From an uncultured Eubacteriales bacterium (GTDB lineage Bacteria; Bacillota; Clostridia; Lachnospirales; Bianqueaceae), in assembly GCA_900316145.1 (NCBI GenBank), contig ONBQ01000030.1, positions 288 through 64,287 on the forward strand: a DNA stretch of 64,000 bases. Reading direction: 5' to 3'. The notes below the pieces were generated by a model. The model was not told the DNA's origin. It searched no databases and worked only from the letters and a program-made list of their open reading frames with translations. Both the position numbers and the translations under genes were made by a program. Below, piece by piece: positions 28,230 to 37,665 of this stretch. Numbering within the stretch: the first letter of the stretch is position 1; each line of letters opens with the position of its first letter.

Positions 28230-29879
28230 TTACAGATGCTGCTCGATCTCCTCATTGACCCGGCGCCGCAGGGAAAGAAGATAGTCCGGAGAATGCGGAT
28301 AATCCTCGAAAGAAAGCGGTTCTTCCAGACCGTCCTCGATCAGAGACAGGACGTGGTCCCGGCTTGTCAGCGTCTCCAACAGGGTCAACGCCCTTAAGTC
28401 GCACAAAGCGTCGGAAAGAACGACAAGACGCAGGGATTCCAGCGGCTCTCCGTCAGGACCCGGGTAGACCACGAACGGATCACCGGCCGGATAACTGGCC
28501 TCCCCATCGGTCGTGGCGAAAGGATCGATCGGATGGATGGAGGTGACGTTGTTGTAATAGTTATATCCCCACTGCAGGAACCCGTCTACCGCGAATTTAT
28601 ATAGCTGCACGCCCAGGATCCGGGTGCGCCAGGAAGGCATCGCGATGAAGCGGTTGGAGACTTTATATCCCTGGCCGCAGCAATAATAGACCCAGAACTC
28701 ATCAGGCCGGGGATCTTCAAGGAAAGGCGTCAGGTGATTGGTGGCGACGACCGGAGTCCGGCATATTCCCTGTTCGAAGAAGGAGTGATCGCTCATGGCA
28801 TCCATGATCGGGAACCCTGCCAGCAGGTGTTCGACCATGGCACGGCAGGCTTTGTACTGAGGAAGAGATTCCGGAGAAGGTTCATCGGAAATATGAAAAT
28901 AGACACAGTCTCCATACCCCCAGCTCTTTAATTGAGCTGTCAGTTCCGGAAGCAGGGCTTCCAGAAAACCTCGGTACGCATCTCCCGTGGCCGGTGTATC
29001 CCAGCCGAAAATGCGGGAGGGCTTTCCGTCAACCGTGGCAATGATCTTAGGACAGCATTTTGCGCCCCACTGGGTGAACAGATGGGACATTTCAAAGTAA
29101 CGGATCCCTTCTTCCCGGGCCATGTTCATAAAATCACGCAGGCGATCGAAGGAGAAGCGATACTGTCCGTCCACGACCTCGATATCGAGCAGCTGGGCCG
29201 TCAGACGTTCCGACCCCACGCGGGTATCCAGCGGGGGCGTCCAAAGCGGAGTCAGCAGCATGTTGATGCCGCGGCGGACTGCCGTACGGATCTGCGCGCG
29301 CACGATTTCCATGAAACGGGGGCTGAAGACCGGCTCATGATAGTAGGAGGACAGGCCATCCATGTGAAACCACTCGGTATGTTTCAGCCGCTGCTCGGGC
29401 AGGACTGCGTTCATCACACAGATCTCGGCAGTCAGGCTGGCATCCTCGGTTTCATTTCGGATGGAGAGAGTAAGCGGATAGGTTCCGGCCGGCGTTTCCT
29501 TCGTTGTCCGGACTTCGATCCAAAGGCTGGTCCACTGACCCCGCACGGCGGGAACGTGATCCTTTTCATATAAAGGCCGGAGCAGGTCCGGATACAGGCC
29601 GGGACGGGTATCGAGGTAAAGCCCATCCGAAGCATCGAATGCCGGCAGACGGACGGGGACCTGTTCTACATAGCGGACCTGAACAAGACCCGAAAGAGGA
29701 CCGGACACGATCACCTGATAGTCGGCCCGGTGCGCTATGCCGTCGGACTCGGGAAGAAAGGCAGCCTGGAAGGAGAATTGGTCCTCCTTTAAAACGGTAA
29801 AACGCTCGGAACAAGGAGCCGGAGCCTGGTCCAGCCGAACCTTTTCAAGGGCAGATGTAAGCAGTAGACGGACAGACAT
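28230..29879 (-). CDS. DUF4091-like (GH123-like) putative glycoside hydrolase
   Basis: 549 aa, cytoplasmic. The overall pattern recalled from DUF4091 proteins (N-terminal beta domain + TIM-like core, ..FHISDEP..) is my only basis. Needs an HMM check. Confidence 0.4.
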   Translation of the reverse strand: MSVRLLLTSALEKVRLDQAPAPCSERFTVLKEDQFSFQAAFLPESDGIAHRADYQVIVSGPLSGLVQVRYVEQVPVRLPAFDASDGLYLDTRPGLYPDLLRPLYEKDHVPAVRGQWTSLWIEVRTTKETPAGTYPLTLSIRNETEDASLTAEICVMNAVLPEQRLKHTEWFHMDGLSSYYHEPVFSPRFMEIVRAQIRTAVRRGINMLLTPLWTPPLDTRVGSERLTAQLLDIEVVDGQYRFSFDRLRDFMNMAREEGIRYFEMSHLFTQWGAKCCPKIIATVDGKPSRIFGWDTPATGDAYRGFLEALLPELTAQLKSWGYGDCVYFHISDEPSPESLPQYKACRAMVEHLLAGFPIMDAMSDHSFFEQGICRTPVVATNHLTPFLEDPRPDEFWVYYCCGQGYKVSNRFIAMPSWRTRILGVQLYKFAVDGFLQWGYNYYNNVTSIHPIDPFATTDGEASYPAGDPFVVYPGPDGEPLESLRLVVLSDALCDLRALTLLETLTSRDHVLSLIEDGLEEPLSFEDYPHSPDYLLSLRRRVNEEIEQHL

Positions 29880-30129
29880 AAAGACCTCCTCTGAATGATT
29901 GAAAAGAAACGAAAATCAGATAAGAAAAGAATAACTGAAAGAAGAACGAAAGTCAATGGCCCAAGTCGATCAGAAAACGACATCCCCGGAAGACAATGGG
30001 GAAAGAAATATGTGAAATTGTAAAAAATGCCCTGTAAAGCGTAAGAAGTGAGATGCCAAAAATCAGTTAAAATTGGATGCAACTGTTTCCTGAATCCCTA
30101 AAATATTTGTGAAAAAAAACGAAAATCGC

Positions 30130-30158
30130 TTGACATTCACTCTCAATGATGGTATGTT
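30130..30158 (+). promoter_or_regulatory. Sigma-70-type promoter of the cold-shock gene
   Basis: TTGACA (30130-30135), 17 nt, TATGTT (30153-30158). An A8 UP-like tract lies upstream. The 5' UTR is about 75 nt. Confidence 0.5.
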
Positions 30159-30239
30159 AGGAATGCTCATGAAATTCCAGAATGTGAAAAAATGTAAGAT
30201 TCGGAATTTCTAATTATTTATTTATGGAGGCACCATATA

Positions 30240-30437
30240 ATGATCGGTACTGTAAAATGGTTCAATGCGGAGAAAGGTTACGGCTTTATCAAAGTCGATG
30301 AGGGAGACGATGTATTTGCTCATTTTTCCGCTATCCAGGGCGAAGGTTTCAAGACGTTAAACGAGGGCCAGCAGGTCGAATTCGACGTGATCCAGAGTGA
30401 TCGTGGTCCGCAGGCGGCGAACATTGTCAAGCTGTAA
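30240..30437 (+). CDS. csp: Cold-shock protein (CspA family)
   Basis: 65 aa. [15 protein letters not shown] (RNP1), VFAHFSAI (RNP2). Confidence 0.95.
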   Translation: MIGTVKWFNAEKGYGFIKVDEGDDVFAHFSAIQGEGFKTLNEGQQVEFDVIQSDRGPQAANIVKL

Positions 30438-30489
30438 GGTCCCACTTCAGAAGACATCACGCTGAATGTTTAGAAACTGTAATTCCAAG

Positions 30490-30528
30490 GTCCCGCATGC
30501 TCCTGTTTCAGCATGAGGGACTTTTATT
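30490..30528 (+). terminator. Rho-independent terminator
   Basis: GTCCCGCATGC / GCATGAGGGAC (one mismatch), then TTTTATT. Confidence 0.6.
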
Positions 30529-30617
30529 ATCTCTGCGTATTACGATTTTGCAATAGGCTTGCTATCGAAGGGATTTCGTGATAAAATATCGAAGTATGAT
30601 TCTGATCGGAAGGAGGT

Positions 30618-31493
30618 ATGTATTTGAAACCGATCGCGATCGTAACGGATTCCAACAGCGGCATCACACAACAGCAGGCAGAAGCGCTGGAAGGCGTTTT
30701 TATTCTTCCTATGCCTTTTTCTATTGATGGCGAAACATTTTATGAGGGCATCAGCCTGGATGAAGAAGGATTCTATGAAAAAATGCTGGCGGATGCGCAG
30801 ATCTCCACTTCCCAACCGTCTCCGCAGGAAGTGCTGAACATGTGGAACCGTATCCTAAAAGCTTATGAGACTATTATATATATCCCTATGTCCAGCGGCC
30901 TGTCCGGCAGCTGTGACACGGCTTATATGTTATCGCAGAGCTATGACGGAAGGGTAATGGTGGTGGATAACCAGCGCATCTCCGTCAGTCAGCGTCAATC
31001 TGTTTTGGATGCTGTCGCTATGAGAGAAAAGGGGTATGACGCGCAAAAGATCTATGATGTGCTGATGGAGACCAGAATGGAATCCAGCATCTATATCTGC
31101 GTCGATACCTTAAAATACCTGAAAAAGGGCGGACGTATCACACCGGCGGCCGCTGCTCTTGGTACGCTGCTTAAGATCAAGCCGGTCTTGCAGATCCAGG
31201 GTGAGAAGCTCGACGCATTCTCCAAGGTCCGGACCCTCAAGCAGGCTAAACAGACCATGCTGCAGGCTGCCATTCGGGATACGGAAGGCCGTTTCGCGGA
31301 TCCTTCCCATACCCATGTGCTTGTTTCTATAGCGCATACCCAAAATCTGAAAGAAGCAGAGATCTTTGCCCAGGAGCTTTCCGAGTACTTCCCTGGACAG
31401 GAGATCTACATTGATCATCTATCCTTAAGCGTTTCTTGTCACATCGGTCCCGGCGCGCTGGCCGTTTGCCTTTGCAAGAAGCTGGATTTTTAA
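30618..31493 (+). CDS. DegV-family fatty-acid-binding protein
   Basis: 291 aa. IAIVTDSNSGI.., STSQPSP, KYLKKGGRI. Confidence 0.85.
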   Translation: MYLKPIAIVTDSNSGITQQQAEALEGVFILPMPFSIDGETFYEGISLDEEGFYEKMLADAQISTSQPSPQEVLNMWNRILKAYETIIYIPMSSGLSGSCDTAYMLSQSYDGRVMVVDNQRISVSQRQSVLDAVAMREKGYDAQKIYDVLMETRMESSIYICVDTLKYLKKGGRITPAAAALGTLLKIKPVLQIQGEKLDAFSKVRTLKQAKQTMLQAAIRDTEGRFADPSHTHVLVSIAHTQNLKEAEIFAQELSEYFPGQEIYIDHLSLSVSCHIGPGALAVCLCKKLDF

Positions 31494-31514
31494 ATAACAG
31501 GAGAAAAAACAAGT

Positions 31515-32726
31515 ATGAAGATCGTAGAACGGGGTTTTATTCCGGTATTGTTCGCAAGCGATATCAATACCTATAGCATGGCCCGGGCTTTTCATGAAGC
31601 CTATGGGGTCAAGAGCATCGTCATGGGAAAGGCTGCTACCGGTCCGTCCGCCAACAGCCGTATCGTTGATTTTGTGCTGGATCCCAAGATCGATCAGGAT
31701 GAGGAGTTCCTGGCCCGCTTGAACGGGTTCGCCAGAGACCATGCCAATAAAAAGATCATCGCCGTCGGCTGTGGAGATGCCTACGCCGCGCTTTTGTCCC
31801 GTCATAAGGGAGAATATGAACCCAATGTCATCGCCGCCTACATCGATTACGATCAGATGCAGGAGCTGATCAAAAAAGAGAACTTCTACAAAATGTGTGA
31901 AAAGTATGGCCTGGACTATCCGGATACCTTCATCTACCGGAAAGAGTATGGTCATGATTTTACGCTGCCGTTTGACGGGCCGTTCATCGCCAAGCCTTCC
32001 GACAGTGTCATGTATTGGGAGTTCCCCTTTGCCGGACAGAAAAAGGTCTACAAGCTGGATACCCGCGCTGAACTGGAAAAGGCGCTGGATGACATCTATG
32101 CTTCGGGTTATTCGGATTCTGTGATCATTCAGAACTTCATCCCGGGCAATGATTCTTACATGCACGTACTGACCTGCTATTCGGATCAGAACGGCAAGGT
32201 CAAGCTGATGAGCCTGGGCCATGTCCTTCTGGAAGAGCATACGCCGCACGGTCTGGGCAACCATGCTGTCATCCTGAACGAGGTCAATCTGGATCTCATG
32301 CGGAAGATGAAGAAATTCCTGGAAGAGATCCATTATGTAGGTTTTTCCAATTTCGACATCAAGTATGATGAGAGAGATGGAAAGTATAAAGTCTTTGAGA
32401 TCAACTTAAGACAGGGCCGCAGCAATTTCTACGTAACGGGTTCCGGTTTCAACCTGGCCCGCTGCCTGGTCGAAGAATATGTCGAGCATAAAGAGTCCAA
32501 GCTGACCGTGGCGGATAAGCCGCATCTGTGGCTGGTCATTCCACGCCGGGTCGCCTATCGTTATATCCACAATGACAAGGCGGTCGCGGAAATGAAAGAA
32601 GTGATCCGCCGCTACGGATATGTCAATCCGCTGTTCTATAAGGGTGACCTTGGTCCTGCCAGATTGAAGTTCGTGCTGCGCAATTACATAAGCCACATCT
32701 TTAAATATCGAAAATACTGCAAATAA
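31515..32726 (+). CDS. ATP-grasp carboxylate-amine ligase, D-aspartate ligase (Asl)-like
   Basis: 403 aa. N-terminal FIPVLFASDINTYSMARAFHEAYG and an ATP-grasp core (FIAKPSDS.., VIIQNFIPG, FEINLRQGRSNFY). Directly upstream of an aspartate racemase and murE. Confidence 0.6.
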   Translation: MKIVERGFIPVLFASDINTYSMARAFHEAYGVKSIVMGKAATGPSANSRIVDFVLDPKIDQDEEFLARLNGFARDHANKKIIAVGCGDAYAALLSRHKGEYEPNVIAAYIDYDQMQELIKKENFYKMCEKYGLDYPDTFIYRKEYGHDFTLPFDGPFIAKPSDSVMYWEFPFAGQKKVYKLDTRAELEKALDDIYASGYSDSVIIQNFIPGNDSYMHVLTCYSDQNGKVKLMSLGHVLLEEHTPHGLGNHAVILNEVNLDLMRKMKKFLEEIHYVGFSNFDIKYDERDGKYKVFEINLRQGRSNFYVTGSGFNLARCLVEEYVEHKESKLTVADKPHLWLVIPRRVAYRYIHNDKAVAEMKEVIRRYGYVNPLFYKGDLGPARLKFVLRNYISHIFKYRKYCK

Positions 32727-32746
32727 GAGACCGGAGGTCTGAAAAA

Positions 32747-33457
32747 GTGAATAAACCGGTAAAGATCGGCATTCTGGGCGGAATGGGGCCAATGGCCACG
32801 AGCTTTCTGTTTGATCGCGTCGTGCGTCATACCCGGGCAGAGCGGGATCAGGATCATGTGGATCTTGTCATCGTAAACCGCGCCACGATGCCAGACCGCA
32901 CCCAGGCCATTCGTAACGGCCAGTCCAAGCCTATCGTCGAGCAGGCGGTCGCGGATTGCCGGGCTATGGAAGGCATGGGCGTCGAATATATAGCCATCCC
33001 CTGCAATACGTCTCATTACTTTTTTGATGAGATCCAACAGCAGGTAGGGGCAGAGTTGATCCACATGGTCCGGGAAACGGTCCGCTTCGCGATGAAGGAC
33101 TGTCCGGGACTGAAAAAGCTTGGCATCATGGCTACCGATGGCACCATCATGGCTGATGTCTATGGCAAAGAGTGCCGGGCTCTTGGCATTGAACCGGTCT
33201 ATCCGTCCGATGAGCGGCAGAAGGATGTCATGCACCTCATCTATGAGGAAGTTAAGAAGGGTGAACGTGGTGAGGAAGACCGTTTTTACCGCGTCGTCTC
33301 GGAACTGACCGCCAAGGGCTGTGAAAGGATCGCGCTGGCCTGCACGGAACTGTCCTATTTCCGTCAGTATTATACGCTGCCATCCTATGTGATCGACTCA
33401 ACGGACGTGCTGGTGCGCTGTATCATTGAAAAAGCGGGAAAAACTTATATGGAATAA
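32747..33457 (+). CDS. Aspartate racemase (Asp/Glu racemase family)
   Basis: GTG start. IGILGGMGPMAT, two catalytic Cys contexts IPCNTSH and LACTELS. Confidence 0.8.
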   Translation: MNKPVKIGILGGMGPMATSFLFDRVVRHTRAERDQDHVDLVIVNRATMPDRTQAIRNGQSKPIVEQAVADCRAMEGMGVEYIAIPCNTSHYFFDEIQQQVGAELIHMVRETVRFAMKDCPGLKKLGIMATDGTIMADVYGKECRALGIEPVYPSDERQKDVMHLIYEEVKKGERGEEDRFYRVVSELTAKGCERIALACTELSYFRQYYTLPSYVIDSTDVLVRCIIEKAGKTYME

Positions 33458-33532
33458 AACGTTACGGTCCAGTAACGATTAAACAGACGCCCCGGGCATA
33501 AACACCGGGGCGGTCGTGCGATAAAGCGAAAA

Positions 33533-35086
33533 ATGATGGAGGAAATGATGAAAAAGCGAAACCTTGGTGACTTTGCGCAAGCCCTCGAGGACAAGGGCTT
33601 GCTGGTGGAAGCTGTCCTTTCGGATCCTTTGCAGCCGGTCGGATATCTGACCTATGATTCCCGGGATCTGGGAGAGAATACCTTGTTTGTGTGCAAAGGC
33701 GCCGCGTTTAAAGAGATCTATCTGCAGCAGGTGATCGAAAAGGGTATTGCGGGCTATGTTAGCGAGAAGGTATATGAGAATATCGACGCAGATGTTCCGC
33801 ATCTTCTGGTCACGGATATCCGCAAGGCCATGCCGGTCCTGGCGGGGCTGTTCTATGATGATGCCTGGAAGGAGCTGAATCTGACGGGCATTACGGGCAC
33901 CAAAGGAAAATCGACCACGACGTATTATATCAAATCGATCCTGGATACCTGGATGCAGGAGACTGGTGGAAAAGCGACCGGCGTCATCAGCTCGATCGAC
34001 ACCTATGACGGCGTGATCTTTGAGGAATCCCACCTGACCACGCCGGAGGTCATGGATCTGCATAAGCACTTCCGCAACGCGGTTGACAGTGGGATCCGTT
34101 ATATGGAAATGGAGGTCTCCAGCCAAGGCCTTAAATATGACCGCGTGGCCGGGATCACCTTCGATGTAGGCATCTTCCTGAACATTTCCGAAGATCATAT
34201 CAGCCCGCTGGAGCATCCGACCATGGAGGATTATTTCCAGTCCAAGCTGCGGATCTTTGAGAATACCAGGCATGCGGTCGTCAATCTGGACAGTGATCGG
34301 GCGGATGAGGTGCTGAAAGCTTCGGAAGCGGCGGAAGACAGGCTTACCTTCAGCCAAAAAGATCCCTCAGCGGATATTTACGCCTATGATGTTCGGAAAG
34401 AAGAGGGCGAGATCCGGTTCAACGTCCGTTTCAAGGGGAATGAAGAAGCGCAAATGGCCGCTTTTGATGAGCCTTTTGCCTTGACCATGCCGGGCCTGTT
34501 CAACGTTGAGAACGCATTGGCCGCCATCGCTTGCTCCTTGTTCTACCAAGTGCCCCTTCGTGTCATGCAGGAAGGCTTGTTGATCGCCCGGTCCAGCGGC
34601 CGGATGGAAGTCTATACCTCCAAAGACAACAAGGTCGTCGCCATCGTGGATTACGCGCACAATAAGCTCAGCTTTGAGAAACTGTTCGAATCCACGGCGA
34701 TCGAGTATCCGGGATATCACATCGTCAGTATCTATGGATGCCCGGGCGTAAAGGCGCTGCTTCGCCGCAAAGACTTGGCGGAGGTGGCCGTCCGGTACGC
34801 GTCCAAGATCTACATCGTAGCGGAGGACCCGGGACTGGAGCCTTTTGATCATATCTGTGAGGATATGCTCCAGTATATCAAGCCATCCGGCTGCCCCTAT
34901 GAGATCATCGAAGACAGAGGCGAGGCGATCCGCAAAGCAGTGCTGGAGACCCAGGAGCCGACAGTCCTTCTGATCACAGGAAAAGGTAACGAGACACGCC
35001 AGAAATACGGCGCGGAGTACCTGCCTTGTGTCTCAGATGTTGAGATCACGAAAAAAGCCCTTGCAGAATACAACGAAATGCGGTAA
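33533..35086 (+). CDS. murE: UDP-MurNAc-L-Ala-D-Glu:diamino-acid ligase (MurE), non-DNPR type
   Basis: GITGTKGKSTTT P-loop, EVSSQG, VDYAHN. The DAP-recognition DNPR position reads EDPG (34823-34834). Confidence 0.85.
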   Translation: MMEEMMKKRNLGDFAQALEDKGLLVEAVLSDPLQPVGYLTYDSRDLGENTLFVCKGAAFKEIYLQQVIEKGIAGYVSEKVYENIDADVPHLLVTDIRKAMPVLAGLFYDDAWKELNLTGITGTKGKSTTTYYIKSILDTWMQETGGKATGVISSIDTYDGVIFEESHLTTPEVMDLHKHFRNAVDSGIRYMEMEVSSQGLKYDRVAGITFDVGIFLNISEDHISPLEHPTMEDYFQSKLRIFENTRHAVVNLDSDRADEVLKASEAAEDRLTFSQKDPSADIYAYDVRKEEGEIRFNVRFKGNEEAQMAAFDEPFALTMPGLFNVENALAAIACSLFYQVPLRVMQEGLLIARSSGRMEVYTSKDNKVVAIVDYAHNKLSFEKLFESTAIEYPGYHIVSIYGCPGVKALLRRKDLAEVAVRYASKIYIVAEDPGLEPFDHICEDMLQYIKPSGCPYEIIEDRGEAIRKAVLETQEPTVLLITGKGNETRQKYGAEYLPCVSDVEITKKALAEYNEMR

Positions 35087-35180
35087 AATTATCTAAAGAG
35101 TAATCGTGTTATAATGTTCTGTTCATACAAAAGTTACAATTTGGTTGTATCATGTGAGCATAGAACGGGGGCTATAATTT

Positions 35181-35585
35181 ATGAACGTCGCGTTTTTCCT
35201 AACACCTAAAAGCGAAGTGGTGCACCTAAAAGAAGATATGACGCTGCGCCAGGCGCTGGAAAAGATGGAGTATCACCGGTATCAGGCGGTTCCCATCATC
35301 GATGAAGCTGGTAAATATATAGGAGTCCTGACGGAGGGTGATGTGCTGTGGGCCATGAAACGCAATCCCAAGCTGTCTTTCCTGGATACCGAGGACATTC
35401 CATTAATGGAGATCCCGCGGTATTGGACTTACAGACCTGTCGCGGTCGATGAAAGCATGGATTCTTTGATCCAGGCTGCCGCGGTACAAAGCTTCATTCC
35501 GGTCGTCGATGACGGAGGGTATTTCATCGGGATCGCCAAGAGAAGCGACATTTTGAACTACCTGTATGGCCATTTACAGCTTTAA
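35181..35585 (+). CDS. CBS-pair domain protein
   Basis: 134 aa with two CBS repeats (..YQAVPIIDEAGKYIGVLTEGDVL.. / ..FIPVVDDGGYFIGIAKRSDIL). Confidence 0.8.
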   Translation: MNVAFFLTPKSEVVHLKEDMTLRQALEKMEYHRYQAVPIIDEAGKYIGVLTEGDVLWAMKRNPKLSFLDTEDIPLMEIPRYWTYRPVAVDESMDSLIQAAAVQSFIPVVDDGGYFIGIAKRSDILNYLYGHLQL

Positions 35586-35693
35586 AGAGTTAAATGTAAT
35601 CTAAGCGTTATCTGAAGGTCACAATTTGTTCATAATTACTGCTTATTATAAGAATCAACAAGAGCTAATATTTATTTTTCTCCTCCCACATAT

Positions 35694-35736
35694 AAGGAAG
35701 GCACCTTGGCCCCAAACCAAAGCCTTCCTTTTTTCT
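35694..35736 (+). terminator. Rho-independent terminator
   Basis: AAGGAAGGC / GCCTTCCTT with inner TTGG/CCAA pairing, then TTTTTTC. Confidence 0.6.
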
Positions 35737-35766
35737 TTATCATTCCGCGAAAGGAGCTTGCAAGCG

Positions 35767-36831
35767 ATGGAGCGCGCAGCCAGCCATACCCATAAGGAAC
35801 CGGCCTATCTTCAGATCTATTATCGATTCCGGGAAGACATCACCACCGGTACGCTGAAACCGGGCACAAAACTGCCATCCAAGAGGATCCTGGCGGAGCA
35901 GACCGGCGTCAGTGTGATCACAGTGGAGCATGCGTATCAGCTGCTCGCCGATGAGGGCTACATCGAAAGCCGCCCGCGCAGCGGTTTCTATGTTCGCTTC
36001 GGCATTGCCGCCCGGCAGGTCTGGACGCCGCCGGCCGCAGCACCTGCTCCTATTACGGAAGCGCCGGAGGACTTTCCCTTTTCTCAGCTGGCCAGGACCA
36101 TGCGCGGCGTGATCACGGATTATAACCGAAGGCTTCTGGTCAAGTCTCCCAGCAAGGGCGTGCCGGAACTGACAGAGCAGATCTGCAGTTACCTGGCGCT
36201 AAGCCGTGGTTTAAGGGTCCGGCCTGAGCAGATCGTGATCGGGTCCGGTGCGGAATACCTGTACAGCCTGGTGGTACAGCTGCTGGGGCGGGAGAGAGCC
36301 TACGCGCTGGAAGATCCGTCATATGAAAAGATCGCCCGCGTTTATGAGAGCAACGGAGCGTCTTTGGAACGTCTGGAAATGGGGGCCGATGGTATCGTTT
36401 CGTATGAACTGCAGGATTGCATGGCCGGGGTGCTGCATGTTACCCCGTTTCACAGCTATCCAAGCGGGGTAACGGCATCCGCGCACAAACGAAGAGAGTA
36501 TGCCGCGTGGGCCAGAAAGCGGGACGCCTATATCGTGGAAGATGACTATGATTCGGAATTATCTTCTGTTACCCGGCGCATTGAGACCATCTTTTCTCTG
36601 GCGCCGGAAAGAGTCATCTATATCAACACCTTTACCAAGATCCTGGCGCCGTCATTCAGGACCGGCTTCATGGTCCTGCCGGAAGGGCTTCTGGACGCCT
36701 ATCAGGAAAAGCTGGGTTTTTATTCCTGCACGGTGCCTGTTTTTGAACAATACGTGCTGGCGGAATTTATCCGCGGGGGGCATCTGGAACGGTATATCAA
36801 CCGGCAGCGCCATCATAAACGTCATGGATAA
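35767..36831 (+). CDS. MocR-subfamily GntR regulator (wHTH fused to a PLP aminotransferase-like domain)
   Basis: ATG at 35767 behind AAAGGAG; the track start at 35626 adds junk. HTH LPSKRILAEQTGVSVITVEHAYQLLADEGYI, followed by a fold-type-I domain. Confidence 0.75.
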   Translation: MERAASHTHKEPAYLQIYYRFREDITTGTLKPGTKLPSKRILAEQTGVSVITVEHAYQLLADEGYIESRPRSGFYVRFGIAARQVWTPPAAAPAPITEAPEDFPFSQLARTMRGVITDYNRRLLVKSPSKGVPELTEQICSYLALSRGLRVRPEQIVIGSGAEYLYSLVVQLLGRERAYALEDPSYEKIARVYESNGASLERLEMGADGIVSYELQDCMAGVLHVTPFHSYPSGVTASAHKRREYAAWARKRDAYIVEDDYDSELSSVTRRIETIFSLAPERVIYINTFTKILAPSFRTGFMVLPEGLLDAYQEKLGFYSCTVPVFEQYVLAEFIRGGHLERYINRQRHHKRHG

Positions 36832-36832
36832 G

Positions 36833-36858
36833 AGAGGAGACAGCCGTCTCCTCTTTTT
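36833..36858 (+). terminator. Rho-independent terminator
   Basis: AGAGGAGAC-AGCC-GTCTCCTCT, followed by TTTTGG. Confidence 0.8.
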
Positions 36859-36879
36859 GGATTTAAACCCCTGCAAGTC

Positions 36880-36908
36880 TTGTATATCCTTTGCGATTTT
36901 GGTAAAAT
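36880..36908 (+). promoter_or_regulatory. Sigma-70-type promoter of the 4-gene sugar operon
   Basis: TTGTAT (36880-36885), 17 nt, TAAAAT (36903-36908). Confidence 0.5.
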
Positions 36909-36919
36909 AGATTAGAATA

Positions 36920-36937
36920 TGTTACTGCACAGTAACA
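36920..36937. promoter_or_regulatory. Perfect 8-2-8 inverted repeat (candidate operator) at the predicted transcription start
   Basis: TGTTACTG-CA-CAGTAACA, 12 nt downstream of the -10 box. Confidence 0.45.
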
Positions 36938-36963
36938 AAAATATGGCTTTACAAGGAGATATC

Positions 36964-37647
36964 ATGAAATACTTTTTAGACAGTGCCAAGCTGGATGAGA
37001 TCCAGTATGCGTATCATGCTTTTGGGATCGATGGAGTTACTACGAACCCTCGTCACATCATGCTCAGCGGAAAGCCGTTTCTGACCGCTATCCACCTGAT
37101 CGCGGACTGGGTCGAAAAAGAAAACCTGACCGGTTATGAGCGCTTCCCCGTCTCGGTCGAGATCGATCCGCATATCGAGAAGGCGGAAGAAATGATCGAG
37201 GCGGCGCGTAAGATCGCGGCCATCAGCCCAAATTTCGCCATCAAGATCCCGATGACCGAGGATGGCGTCATTGCCGCCCGGGTGCTTGAGGCAGAGGGGA
37301 TCCGCACCAATCTGACGCTTGTTTTCTCGGCGGCGCAGGCTATCTGGGCCGGCAAGGTCGGCTCATTGTTCGTGTCTCCCTTTATCGGCTGGAAAGAGGC
37401 GAACGGGGAGGACTGCCGTCAGTATATCAAAGATATCGTCGATATTTATAAGAATTATGGATTCTATGGAAAGACGCAGATCATTTGCGCGGCCATCCGC
37501 ACGCCGAAACAGATCGTGGATTGCGCGGTCGCCGGCGCGGATATCGTGACGACCGGTCTGGCCGTCTATCAGGAAAGCTTCCATCATGCTTATACGGACC
37601 AGGGGATCCGGACATTCTGCGAAGCCTGGGACAATACAGCGAAATAA
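36964..37647 (+). CDS. Transaldolase/fructose-6-phosphate-aldolase-family enzyme (TalC/FSA class; candidate 6-deoxy-6-sulfofructose transaldolase)
   Basis: ATG at 36964 behind AAGGAG. MKYFLDSAKLDEI..GIDGVTTNPRHI, Schiff-base Lys context NFAIKIPMT. Confidence 0.8.
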   Translation: MKYFLDSAKLDEIQYAYHAFGIDGVTTNPRHIMLSGKPFLTAIHLIADWVEKENLTGYERFPVSVEIDPHIEKAEEMIEAARKIAAISPNFAIKIPMTEDGVIAARVLEAEGIRTNLTLVFSAAQAIWAGKVGSLFVSPFIGWKEANGEDCRQYIKDIVDIYKNYGFYGKTQIICAAIRTPKQIVDCAVAGADIVTTGLAVYQESFHHAYTDQGIRTFCEAWDNTAK

Positions 37648-37665
37648 ATTAAAAGGGGAAACGTT

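Noticed and set aside
29880-30239. 97-aa minus ORF (29789-30082) and a duplicated AAACGAAAATC word (near 29908 and 30118) in the csp upstream region
   Set aside because: The ORF is compositionally non-coding and lies in an AT-rich promoter region. Two copies of an 11-mer in AT-rich DNA are not significant without further evidence.
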